Part shown: one piece after another, positions 29,105 through 38,041 of the stretch
Layout of the letters: each line of letters opens with the position of its first letter
Numbering within the stretch: position 1 is the first letter of the stretch
NCBI GenBank assembly: GCA_964558055.1
Contig: CAZLCM010000001.1
Span: forward strand, 1-47,422
DNA length: 47,422 bases
Origin: an uncultured Isosphaeraceae bacterium
GTDB taxonomy: Bacteria; Planctomycetota; Phycisphaerae; Phycisphaerales; SM1A02
Direction: 5' to 3'
Position numbers and translations under genes: made by a program
The notes under the pieces: model-generated
The model's database searches: none
What the model was told of the DNA's origin: nothing
What the model saw: only the letters and a program-made list of their open reading frames with translations

Positions 29105-29951
29105 TTGCAACGCCGACTAGAGCAACTCCTGCTTTGTTTGCTGATTCTATTACTGATGGTGCGTCAAGTAGGATTACTCTTCCAGTACCGACTGCAATGC
29201 AGTTACAGCCCGCTTTTGAAACTTGCTCGATGGTTCTTGTTCCAATTGAAGGAACATCTGCGCGCATATCATGATCTTTTGCGGCTGTCTTGAGTAAAAT
29301 CCAACCACTTTTTTTACATAATGACCCCGCACGTTCGATAAGTGCAGCGGTTCCTTCTATTGCTTCAACCGCTAAAACATCCCCGTCACGAACTGCGATG
29401 GACTGTCCAATATGAAGTGATGCACTTTGGGTAAGTAAAGGCCAACCAAAATCAATATCTTCATATTGTTTTGGCTTGGGAATCACATTACCAAGGACGC
29501 CACTTCCTGCAAGGTGGTTTTGGATGTGTGTAGTTGAATCGATTAGGGTGACTCCTGATTTTTCCAGTTCATTTGCAATTGCAGTTAGAACTGTAGCATC
29601 CCTGCGGTCATGACGCAGAGTTCTATACCAAAGAAGGAGACCTGTGAGGTCTGGCATCAGCCTAATTACACCAAAAGGATCGTGCATTACTGTTTTGCCG
29701 ACCCCGCCGACCATCACAGCATCACTAGCACCCCATCTTTTTAGAAGCCGAACCCATCTTCCAACACGAGCCATGCCCGCGGTAGAGAAAGTATCGCAAA
29801 CAGCAGGCAGTTCAGGGACATATTGATTTTTAAGACCTACGCAACAAACGTGGTAACCAGCCTCCCTTGCGCCTTCTGCAGCAAGTACTGGCAAAATACC
29901 GTTTCCTGCAATCATTCCCAATATTGGCTTTTCACTTGTCATTTTCTGCAT
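29097..29951 (-). CDS. lpxI: UDP-2,3-diacylglucosamine diphosphatase LpxI (DUF1009 family)
   Basis: LGMIAGNGILP... and GQSIAVRDGDVLAVEAIEGTAALIERAG motifs. The longer ORF (to GTG 30005) would translate a repeat element, so ATG 29951 or 29942 is preferred. Confidence 0.75.
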   Translation of the reverse strand: MQKMTSEKPILGMIAGNGILPVLAAEGAREAGYHVCCVGLKNQYVPELPAVCDTFSTAGMARVGRWVRLLKRWGASDAVMVGGVGKTVMHDPFGVIRLMPDLTGLLLWYRTLRHDRRDATVLTAIANELEKSGVTLIDSTTHIQNHLAGSGVLGNVIPKPKQYEDIDFGWPLLTQSASLHIGQSIAVRDGDVLAVEAIEGTAALIERAGSLCKKSGWILLKTAAKDHDMRADVPSIGTRTIEQVSKAGCNCIAVGTGRVILLDAPSVIESANKAGVALVGVANE

Positions 29952-29970
29952 TATACCTGAGCCAGGCACA

Positions 29971-30030
29971 AAACGACCCGCGGGATTGTTTTCGGGTTTG
30001 GGCACAATAAACGACCCGCGGGATTGTTTT
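29971..30030 (+). repeat. two exact copies of the 22-nt repeat AAACGACCCGCGGGATTGTTTT (29971-29992, 30009-30030)
   Basis: Exact identity read from the sequence. 38-nt period, each copy preceded by GGCACA. Intergenic between the LOG gene and lpxI. Confidence 0.9.
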
Positions 30031-30055
30031 TTTGTATGGAAAAATGCTAAGAAAT

Positions 30056-30640
30056 TCAGCCGTGCATCGGCAAAATATCTTTTGGTGATGGTTGATTATT
30101 TACACCAGATGTGACGTATTCAAGGACAGCGTCAGGGCATGGGTCAATGAACATTAGTTGCCTAAGGGCGGGGCGCATAAAGTTGCGCTCTATGCCATGC
30201 TCTAGCATTTCAAGTAATGGGTCAAAGTATCCATCAACATTGACAATCCCAATTGGTTTTGTGTGGTCACCTATCTGCCTTCCAACCAAGACCTCAAAAA
30301 ATTCTTCGTAAGTTCCAATTCCTCCGGGAAGAACAATAAATGCATCACCTTTCTGCATCATTAGTGTTCTTCGTTCTTGCATTGTGTCAACAACTATAAG
30401 TTCATCACATTTTTCGTTTGCTTGCTCGTGGGAAACTAATTTATGTGTAATAACTCCTACAACATCACCACCATTCTTTGCAGCGATTGTTGCGACTTCT
30501 CCCATAAGTCCAATGCACCCACCTCCGTAAACAAGTGTTAGACCTCTAATTGCAAGACCCTTACCGATAATTCTCGCAGCATCATGAAAACATGGCTCAA
30601 GGTTTTGTGATGATGCACAGTAAACTGAAACTGATTTCAT
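30056..30640 (-). CDS. LOG-family (TIGR00730) nucleotide phosphoribohydrolase
   Basis: VYGGGCIGLMG and PGGIGTYEEFFE motifs. Confidence 0.85.
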   Translation of the reverse strand: MKSVSVYCASSQNLEPCFHDAARIIGKGLAIRGLTLVYGGGCIGLMGEVATIAAKNGGDVVGVITHKLVSHEQANEKCDELIVVDTMQERRTLMMQKGDAFIVLPGGIGTYEEFFEVLVGRQIGDHTKPIGIVNVDGYFDPLLEMLEHGIERNFMRPALRQLMFIDPCPDAVLEYVTSGVNNQPSPKDILPMHG

Positions 30641-32568
30641 TTACTACCTCTGGATTTCTTAATTGCTTCAAGAATCTGGTCAGGCGTATAAAAGTCACCG
30701 CGAAAATCTTCTTCGCCATCTGGGCCCATAATGATTAGAAGTGGAATTCGAAGTCCACCGACTTCGTTTAGTAGTTCGTTGCCAGATACATTATTACCAG
30801 TTAAATCAATCTTAATTGGTGTGACATCATCTGCACTAAATGCTTCAACAACTCGAGAATCGTGCAAAACAGTTGACTCAAGCATTTTGCAATTTAGACA
30901 CCATTCTGCTGTAAATTCGAGCACTACAACATCACCTTCGTTTAGTTTTTCTGAAAGTATTTCTGGTGTGTAGTATTCCCAGTCAATAGGACCCTTATCA
31001 GTTAGACGGAAACCTCCTAGGATTGCAGCAACAATAATAACAAAACCGAGAATAACAAAAAAGATTTTTATAGTTGATGTTTTTGCAATTCTTAAAGTTC
31101 TCCAAGCAAGCCAAACACCTGCGCTAGCAACACAAGCCGCAACTATCCAAAGATAAAATCTTGATGGAGGAGCTCCCTCTTGTTGTAAAGCTCCACTTAA
31201 TCCAACACCTAAGAAGTAAGCCGCCGCGGCAAGCATTAACAATCCCATGACTTGTTTAATGACTTCGCTAGATGCGCCCGCTCTTGGCATCTTTTCAACA
31301 AGGTGCGGGAAGGCCGCTAGAATTAAGTATGGAAACGCCATTCCAAATCCAATGGAGCCAAACACGATCAGGGTTGTAATTGCGGACTGTGTTGTTGCCC
31401 ACGCTGCTGCTGCACCCATAAACGGGGCTGTGCAAGGTGTTGATAGAACCGCTGTCATAATTCCAAACAAGAATGAACCGAACCAAGAGTCGTGTTTTGG
31501 ATTAACTTTGTAAACAACATTTGGAAGTTGAATCGAAAATAACCCACCCATCCCAACTGCCATAATCCCAATAAAAACCCCAAGTGAAATCGTGAAAGCA
31601 GGATATTGAAAAAGTTGGTTAATCGCTGTAAATCCTGCTACTAGTGCAATACCAACACCAAGAAGAATCCAAAGCGACATAACACCAAGCATCATCCAAA
31701 CGCCGAGGTATAGTGTTTTTCTTCGATTTCCAGCACTAGCGCTTAGCCCCATAATTTTAATTGGAATTACAGGAAGAACACATGGTGTTAAGTTCAACAA
31801 AAACCCTCCGCCCATTGCAACTAGTAATAAAAGAAATAATCCAGAAGGGCCGCGCGCGTCGAGAGTGAATTTGATAACACCAAAGGCATCAAACACAATC
31901 TTGCTATCACTTGGCGCCTTAATACCTTCGTGAATGTTTGCAAAAACAGAGGCATCAAAATCTTCAAATGTATTTGATGTTTTCAAAGAAGCGCCATCAC
32001 TCGCTTCAACGATTTCGATTGATGCAGTAATTCCGTATTCATCCCAGCCCCAATCGCCTTCTGATGGTGTTGGTGCGAGACAAGATTTATCGTCACATGC
32101 TTGAAAGATGGGCTTAACTGTGAATTGTGCTTTCCCGAGTTCTGCATCGGCTGCAATCGTGACAGGAATAAAGATTACTACATCATCTGAAAAAACACCA
32201 TAATCAACAGGTGTTCCAGTAAATCCAACTTGTACTACATTGGGCTCTGGCCACTGTGTATATCCTTCATGAAACGTGAGCGGAGAATTGTCTGGGAGTT
32301 CAACAACAATCGAGGTTGCAATGTAATCTTCTGCGTCTCCCAATATTTCCGGGACTTTAGGTTTGTTGGTGTGTGTGTGATAATGGGCCGAGTGTCTCAT
32401 TATTACCGCTACTACCGCATCGGTACCAACCACTGCTCTCTCAGGGTTTATTTGTATCGAAACCTCGACTTGATCACGAGAATCGTGGAAATTGCCAGCT
32501 TGCCCAAAAACGCACTCGGCAATAAATAGGGAGTAAATGGTAAAAAACAGTGTTTTAATGGAAAACAT
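30637..32568 (-). CDS. dsbD: thiol:disulfide interchange protein DsbD-like
   Basis: Signal peptide from ATG 32568 (MFSIKTLFF...), TM-core cysteines LTPCVLPV and STPCTAPF, C-terminal thioredoxin fold with WCLNC. Confidence 0.85.
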   Translation of the reverse strand: MFSIKTLFFTIYSLFIAECVFGQAGNFHDSRDQVEVSIQINPERAVVGTDAVVAVIMRHSAHYHTHTNKPKVPEILGDAEDYIATSIVVELPDNSPLTFHEGYTQWPEPNVVQVGFTGTPVDYGVFSDDVVIFIPVTIAADAELGKAQFTVKPIFQACDDKSCLAPTPSEGDWGWDEYGITASIEIVEASDGASLKTSNTFEDFDASVFANIHEGIKAPSDSKIVFDAFGVIKFTLDARGPSGLFLLLLVAMGGGFLLNLTPCVLPVIPIKIMGLSASAGNRRKTLYLGVWMMLGVMSLWILLGVGIALVAGFTAINQLFQYPAFTISLGVFIGIMAVGMGGLFSIQLPNVVYKVNPKHDSWFGSFLFGIMTAVLSTPCTAPFMGAAAAWATTQSAITTLIVFGSIGFGMAFPYLILAAFPHLVEKMPRAGASSEVIKQVMGLLMLAAAAYFLGVGLSGALQQEGAPPSRFYLWIVAACVASAGVWLAWRTLRIAKTSTIKIFFVILGFVIIVAAILGGFRLTDKGPIDWEYYTPEILSEKLNEGDVVVLEFTAEWCLNCKMLESTVLHDSRVVEAFSADDVTPIKIDLTGNNVSGNELLNEVGGLRIPLLIIMGPDGEEDFRGDFYTPDQILEAIKKSRGSK

Positions 32569-32868
32569 AGATATATATAGTACGGGCAAGTGGGGTATGG
32601 AGTTGCGTTTTTGTGGCAGTGGGAATACCCTGTACCGTTTCCACGCTGCTTGTGTAGGTAGCACAGATTTTTATTAGGAGTGTAGTAATGATTCCTGCTG
32701 AATCTTTACAACTTTTTTCAAGTTATGGCTGCTAATTGCAGTCAACCCTTGGCTCTGAGCCGATTCCTTGTGGATGCATTCATCCCAAAGGAGGTTCAGT
32801 CGTGATGTAGGCATTTTCCTGCATCATGATTAGTGCGTTTAGCACGAACAACTGTAAAAGGTTGAGCC

Positions 32869-32895
32869 ACGGGTTCGCATAGCGACCCGTTTTTT
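32869..32895 (+). terminator. intrinsic terminator / possible attenuator 70 nt upstream of nusA
   Basis: ACGGGT(t)CGC ata GCG ACCCGT followed by TTTTT: 9 bp with one bulge, then a T-run. Confidence 0.7.
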
Positions 32896-32964
32896 AATTC
32901 AAGATATCCAAACAACCCAATAACTAAACAATCCAACAACTAAACAACACAGAAGGAATACAAA

Positions 32965-34335
32965 ATGAACCGAGAGACATTAGAAATAATTGAAACCATT
33001 GCAAAGCAACGCAAGATTGACAAATCAATAATTATTGCTGACCTTGAACAAGCAATGGTGAGTGCTGCACGCAAGCACTTTAATTCACTGGACACAGAAG
33101 AGTTCTCTTGCAACATAGATTTGCTTTCCGGAGATATCTGTATTTGGCGACATCTTGATGAGGGTGCAGTGGAAATTCCATTGACTGAACTCGGAAGAAT
33201 TCCAGCACAAACATTCAAGCAAGTAATGATTCAAAGGTTTAGAGAGGATGAGCGTTCCGGTATTTTTGATGAGTACATTGATAAAGCAGGAGAGTTAACG
33301 ACTGGCGTTTGTAGCCGATATGAGGGCGGTTCACTCATTATCCAACTAGATAAGGGCGGTCGTGTTGAGGGCTTTATGCCTCGTTCAGAACAAATTCCAG
33401 GTGAGCAATTCCGCCCCGGAGATCGAGTTCGCTGTTTAATTCTTGACGTTAGAGATACTGGGAATCAGGTAAAAATTGTTCTTTCAAGAAGCCACCCCGA
33501 CTTCATCAGGCGTTTATTTGACGCCGAAGTTCCCGAAGTTCAGGAACACGTTATTGAAATCCACGCGATGTCACGAGAACCAGGGTTCAGAACAAAAATT
33601 GCAGTAACTTCTAACGACTCCAAAGTTGATCCCGTTGGCGCTTGTGTTGGTGTCCGCGGTAGCCGTATACGAAACATAGTAGAAGAGCTCGGCGGAGAAA
33701 AAATAGATATCGTCCGTTGGAACGAATCGAGTCAAGTACTGATATCAAATGCTCTAAAACCGGCTGATGTTGACGAAGTTAGTTTGTGCTTCGAACTTGG
33801 TCGCGCAACAATTATTGTTCGTGATGACCAACTATCTCTAGCAATTGGTAGGCGTGGACAAAATGTTCGACTGGCCGCACGTTTGACTGGGTGGGATATT
33901 GATATTTTGACACCTGAAGAATATCAAAAGGGCTTGGAAATTCTATGGGAAGCACTCAAACCAGTTGATGGAGTAACTGAAGAGATGCTCGATAGAATGG
34001 CAGCACTTGGAATAATCAGCATTTTTGATGTTGAAGAGATTGGTCGCAACGTTTTGGAAGAGGACTTAGAGTTCCCGAAACAAGTAGCGGATCGATGCAT
34101 AGATGTTGCAGTTGTTCGTTCTAAAGAAGTAACAGTAGAACAGGAACAAGCAAAATTAGCAGAAGAAGCCCTTCGAGCCGAAGAAGAAGCAGCAGCAGCA
34201 GCAGTCCTCGACGAACAAATTGATGACGAAAGTGCAGCAGTTGCGGACTCAATCCTCGATCTTCCTGTCGAAGATATTGAGGAATCAACTGATTCAGAGG
34301 CAGAGGAAACAGAAAAAACGGATGTAGGTATGTAA
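32965..34335 (+). CDS. nusA: transcription termination/antitermination factor NusA
   Basis: N-terminal domain, S1 (GGSLIIQLDKGGRVEGFMP), KH motifs (GACVGVRGSRI, AIGRRGQNVRLAA), acidic C-terminal tail. Confidence 0.95.
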   Translation: MNRETLEIIETIAKQRKIDKSIIIADLEQAMVSAARKHFNSLDTEEFSCNIDLLSGDICIWRHLDEGAVEIPLTELGRIPAQTFKQVMIQRFREDERSGIFDEYIDKAGELTTGVCSRYEGGSLIIQLDKGGRVEGFMPRSEQIPGEQFRPGDRVRCLILDVRDTGNQVKIVLSRSHPDFIRRLFDAEVPEVQEHVIEIHAMSREPGFRTKIAVTSNDSKVDPVGACVGVRGSRIRNIVEELGGEKIDIVRWNESSQVLISNALKPADVDEVSLCFELGRATIIVRDDQLSLAIGRRGQNVRLAARLTGWDIDILTPEEYQKGLEILWEALKPVDGVTEEMLDRMAALGIISIFDVEEIGRNVLEEDLEFPKQVADRCIDVAVVRSKEVTVEQEQAKLAEEALRAEEEAAAAAVLDEQIDDESAAVADSILDLPVEDIEESTDSEAEETEKTDVGM

Positions 34336-34360
34336 CACCACCTCAACGGAGAACACACAC

Positions 34361-36907
34361 GTGGCTAAAAAAGCAGCAACAAATCGAGTACACAAAATTG
34401 CAAAGAAACTTGGAGTTGACTCCAAAGATATCATTGCGAAGTGTAAGAGCGAGGGCATCCCTAACATCAAGAGCTATCAGTCAGCGGTCTCAGCAGGTCT
34501 TGAAGCAACTATTATGGAGTGGTTTAGCGACGGGGATAAAAAAACTACTGCAGTCGAGACAGCTGAAAAAATTGATGTAAAAAAAGTTAAAGCTAAAGCG
34601 AAGAAAAAAACTAAGAAAAAGACAACTAAAAAAACAACCAAGAAAAAAACCAAATCCGCTGGTTCAAAAGAAAAACCCAACGAAGATGATTCTGAAAAGA
34701 TTATTCCTCAAGGACGTCGAATTAAGACACCCACCAAAGCAAAAATGTCTGGACCTAAAGTAATTCGAATTGAAGAACCAGAACCAGAACCCAAACCTCG
34801 TCAACCCAAGCGACGCCCATCCCCTCAGGGACCACAGGGTGGTTCAGGTGTTCGCCCTCCTCAACAGATGCCACCTCAACAGGATACTGGCAAGGGGTCT
34901 AGGCGAAACAAACGTCGAGATTCTACACAAACTAGACAGCCGGAACGAGGGTCTCGCAACCAAGGCCAACAGCAAGATCGAAGCGATTCAAATTGGCGTA
35001 AACAGGATTTACTTGAAAGAGAAAATCGACTTAGACGAAGTGGTGGATTTTTCAGACAAGCCCGAAGAGACAGTCAAAAACGAAGCGATAACAAACCAGT
35101 TGTTAGAGCAAAAACTCTTAAACAAACTGGCGGAAAAGTTACAGTTTCAGAGCCGATCTCAATCAAAGAACTTTCGGCTTCTACTGGAATTAAAGCAAAT
35201 GAAATTTTAAATAAACTTGTTCTTGCTGGTGTTATGGCAACCGTTAATGACAACATTGAAACAGAGCAAGCGATCGAGATAATGATGGAATGGGGAATTG
35301 AATTAGAGATAGAAGAGCAACGTTCAGAAGAAGAAAAAATAGTTGAATCGTTTACAACCAGAGAAGTGGTTGACGAGAAACCACGCTCGCCAGTTGTGAC
35401 AATTCTAGGACACGTTGATCATGGTAAAACGTCTCTACTAGATAAAATTAGAAGTGCTAATGTGGCTGACGGAGAAGCTGGTGGAATAACTCAAGCGACG
35501 AGTGCATTTAGCGTCCCAGTAAAAACAGGAGAGAGTGAACGGGTTATCACTTTCATTGACACCCCAGGTCACGAAGCGTTTACAGAAATGCGTGCAAGGG
35601 GAGCAAAAGTAACAGATATTGTCGTTCTAGTCGTAGCAGCAGACGACGGCGTAATGCCACAGACAATTGAATCAATTAACCACGCAAAGAGTGCTGGTGT
35701 ACCAATTGTCGTTGCACTAAATAAAATAGATAAGCAGCAAGCAACTGATGAGAATATTCAGCGCATTCTTGGGCAACTTGCAGAGCACGACCTGAACTCT
35801 GTTGAATGGGGCGGTACTACAGAAGTTGTCCGCACCAGTGCAATTGAAGATATTGGAATTCAGGATTTGTTAGAAATCCTTGATTACCAAGCAGAACTTC
35901 TAGAACTTAAAGCGGATTTTGGTGGCTCAGCCGAGGGGTATGTCATCGAGGCACATATCGCCGAGGGGCGTGGACCAGTTGCAAGTATTCTTGTCCAACA
36001 GGGTAAACTTAAGAAAGGGGACTTTGTTGTTGCTGGTAAGGGGTACGGGCGGATTCGTGCGCTTATTAATGAAAATGGCGATCAAGTAACTGAGGCGGGT
36101 CCTTCAACTCCGATGGCGATTCTCGGATTGAATGAAGTTCCTGATGCAGGCGATAAAATTTATGCTGTCAAATCATTAAAAGCAGCCGAGTCGGCTGCTA
36201 AGGAACGAGTTCAACAGGCAAGAGAAGCATCTCTATCGCGTGAAAAAGTAACTCTAGATAACATATTTGACCAAATGAAGATTGCGGACATTCGTGAGTT
36301 ACCAGTGATTGTCAAGGGCGATGTTCAGGGATCAATCGAGACGCTTCGAAGTACAATTAAAAAAATTGGAAATGATGAGGCAGAAATTGCAATCAAACAC
36401 TCAGCAGTCGGCGGAATTAATGAATCAGACGTAAATCTAGCAGAAGCATGTGGTGGAATTATTGTTGGGTTTAATGTTACGAGTTCTGGAAAAGCACGAA
36501 GAGCAGCAGAGCAAAAGGGTGTTGAGATACGTTACTACGAAGTTATCTATAACCTGATTGACGACCTAAAAGACGCTCTTGAAGGATTGCTTGATCCAGA
36601 AATCAAACTTGAAGTTCTTGGACACGCCGAAGTCAGGGACGTGTTTACTATTTCAAAGGTCGGCATGATTGCAGGTTGCTACGTTACGGATGGCTCAATC
36701 GAACGTCATCAGCAAATTCGTGTTACTCGTGATGGAATTGTTATTGAATCAGACAGACGCCTTGACCAACTTAAACGATTTAAAGACGATGCTAAAGAAG
36801 TTAAATCAGGTCAAGAATGTGGCATGAACATTCAGGGCTATAACGACATAAAAGTAGGCGATGTTATTGAATGTTATAAAGCATTAGAGGTGAAGCGTTC
36901 GCTTTAA
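34361..36907 (+). CDS. infB: translation initiation factor IF-2
   Basis: GTG start. IF2_N ([16 protein letters not shown]), K/T/R-rich linker, G domain [12 protein letters not shown] / DTPGHEAF / NKID. Confidence 0.97.
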   Translation: MAKKAATNRVHKIAKKLGVDSKDIIAKCKSEGIPNIKSYQSAVSAGLEATIMEWFSDGDKKTTAVETAEKIDVKKVKAKAKKKTKKKTTKKTTKKKTKSAGSKEKPNEDDSEKIIPQGRRIKTPTKAKMSGPKVIRIEEPEPEPKPRQPKRRPSPQGPQGGSGVRPPQQMPPQQDTGKGSRRNKRRDSTQTRQPERGSRNQGQQQDRSDSNWRKQDLLERENRLRRSGGFFRQARRDSQKRSDNKPVVRAKTLKQTGGKVTVSEPISIKELSASTGIKANEILNKLVLAGVMATVNDNIETEQAIEIMMEWGIELEIEEQRSEEEKIVESFTTREVVDEKPRSPVVTILGHVDHGKTSLLDKIRSANVADGEAGGITQATSAFSVPVKTGESERVITFIDTPGHEAFTEMRARGAKVTDIVVLVVAADDGVMPQTIESINHAKSAGVPIVVALNKIDKQQATDENIQRILGQLAEHDLNSVEWGGTTEVVRTSAIEDIGIQDLLEILDYQAELLELKADFGGSAEGYVIEAHIAEGRGPVASILVQQGKLKKGDFVVAGKGYGRIRALINENGDQVTEAGPSTPMAILGLNEVPDAGDKIYAVKSLKAAESAAKERVQQAREASLSREKVTLDNIFDQMKIADIRELPVIVKGDVQGSIETLRSTIKKIGNDEAEIAIKHSAVGGINESDVNLAEACGGIIVGFNVTSSGKARRAAEQKGVEIRYYEVIYNLIDDLKDALEGLLDPEIKLEVLGHAEVRDVFTISKVGMIAGCYVTDGSIERHQQIRVTRDGIVIESDRRLDQLKRFKDDAKEVKSGQECGMNIQGYNDIKVGDVIECYKALEVKRSL

Positions 36908-36916
36908 CAAAGTGAA

Positions 36917-37297
36917 ATGACTCAACGAACGGAACAAGTTGCTTCAACGCTAAAGAGGGCCATACAAGAAGTACTCTCACGAGGGCTTTCCGATCCTCGA
37001 GTGCAAGGTTTAATTACTATTACTCGAGTTGAGGTTTCAGGAGATTTGGCAAAAGCCACTGTCTTTTGTACGGTAACTCCTTTAGAGCACGAAGAGTTAT
37101 CTCTACACGGTTTGCAATCTGCTTCAAATTGGATACGAAGGCAGGTATCGGATAAGGTTCGTTTTAGAAGGATGCCCCAGTTCCTATTTAGAATAGACGA
37201 ACAGTTACTAAAACAAAGAGAAGTACTAGCAAGTATTGCTGAAGCTAATCAAGAAGACGAGCGAAGAGCAAATCAGAAAAACAAGAAGGAAAAATAA
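36917..37297 (+). CDS. rbfA: ribosome-binding factor A
   Basis: RVASTLKRAIQEVL...ITITRVEVSGDLAKATVF...IRRQVSDKVRFRRMPQFLF. Confidence 0.9.
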   Translation: MTQRTEQVASTLKRAIQEVLSRGLSDPRVQGLITITRVEVSGDLAKATVFCTVTPLEHEELSLHGLQSASNWIRRQVSDKVRFRRMPQFLFRIDEQLLKQREVLASIAEANQEDERRANQKNKKEK

Positions 37298-38041
37298 GTG
37301 AAAAACTCTACTGAATTTGCAAAGAAATTTAAAACATTTATGAAGAAGTTGCCTAAGGCAGAAGTGACTTTCAACGAACACGGTGCAATTGGCGAAGTTA
37401 TTTACTCACACTTGCTCTGGAATGCAACAGCGAAGCAAGCGGATGCTGCTTTCAAGAAAATGGTAGACGCTTCAGTTGACCTCAATGATCTTAGAGTAAA
37501 TCATATCTTTGAAATGGTTGAACTAATGGGCGTAAACTACCCTCACGCAGAAGCAAGAGCAAAACGACTAAAATCTGTTCTAAATGCAATTTACGAAAGA
37601 GAGCACAACGTTCACATAGACAGTTTAGATGGTGCTGGAAAACGCGATGTAAGAGAGTATTTTGAGACACTTAATGGCATAACTACCTTTGTTTGTAATC
37701 GAGTTATTGCTATGAGTTATGAAGTTGCTGCTGTTCCAGTCGACGAAAGAACTAACAACGCATTAATCGCAAGCGGTGTAATTCATGAGGATTCGACAGT
37801 TTCGGAAACAGCATCTTGGTTAACAAGGCAAGTTAAAGCAACGGAGGTTCGTGAGATTCACGCTTCTCTTCATACTTGGTCTGTAACTCAGCCAGAGAAA
37901 AAGGCAGGTGGTTCAACAAGAAAAACCTCCAAAAAGAAAGTGACCAAGCAAAAAACTACTAAAAAGAAAGTGGCCAAGAAAAAAACCACTAAAAAGAAAG
38001 TGGCCAAGAAAAAAACCACTAAAAAGAAATCGAAGAAGTGA
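37298..38041 (+). CDS. HhH-GPD (endonuclease III-like) superfamily protein with a lysine-rich H1-like C-terminal tail
   Basis: ETLNGITTFVCNRVI...VPVDERTNNAL resembles the EndoIII HhH / VDTHV region. The tail is KKKVTKQKTTKKKVAKKKTTKKKVAKKKTTKKKSKK. GTG start abuts the rbfA stop. Confidence 0.6.
   Translation: MKNSTEFAKKFKTFMKKLPKAEVTFNEHGAIGEVIYSHLLWNATAKQADAAFKKMVDASVDLNDLRVNHIFEMVELMGVNYPHAEARAKRLKSVLNAIYEREHNVHIDSLDGAGKRDVREYFETLNGITTFVCNRVIAMSYEVAAVPVDERTNNALIASGVIHEDSTVSETASWLTRQVKATEVREIHASLHTWSVTQPEKKAGGSTRKTSKKKVTKQKTTKKKVAKKKTTKKKVAKKKTTKKKSKK
37921..38030 (+). repeat. about 3.7 tandem copies of a 30-bp coding repeat (AAAAAACCACTAAAAAGAAAGTGGCCAAGA-like)
   Basis: Units begin at 37921, 37951, 37981 and 38011 (partial). 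Units 2 and 3 differ at 2 positions. They encode the KKTTKKKVAK tail. Confidence 0.9.

Noticed and set aside
29952-30005. N-terminal extension of lpxI (MPKPENNPAGRFVPGSGI...)
   Set aside because: The extension is a translation of the intergenic 22-nt repeat and starts at a GTG between two repeat copies. The internal ATG 29951/29942 gives the conserved LpxI N-terminus.
29971-30030. CRISPR-like array
   Set aside because: There are only two copies, 22 nt long with a 16-nt spacer. There are no cas genes, and the same unit is scattered singly at other loci. This behaves like a REP-type element, not CRISPR.
32802-32810. GTG-ATG-TAG as a real protein-coding gene
   Set aside because: It encodes at most 2 residues, and both the Shine-Dalgarno and the starts are buried in hairpins. 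It is treated only as a possible regulatory start-stop element.
33924-34358. 144-aa antisense ORF over the nusA 3' end
   Set aside because: It is produced by the GAA/GCA-rich acidic-tail coding repeats of nusA, giving poly-Ser/Ala low complexity.
34570-34660. A-rich K/T-coding stretch in infB as a repeat or mobile element
   Set aside because: It is in-frame low-complexity linker coding ([19 protein letters not shown]), typical of IF-2 N-terminal regions. It has no exact tandem unit, unlike 37921-38030.
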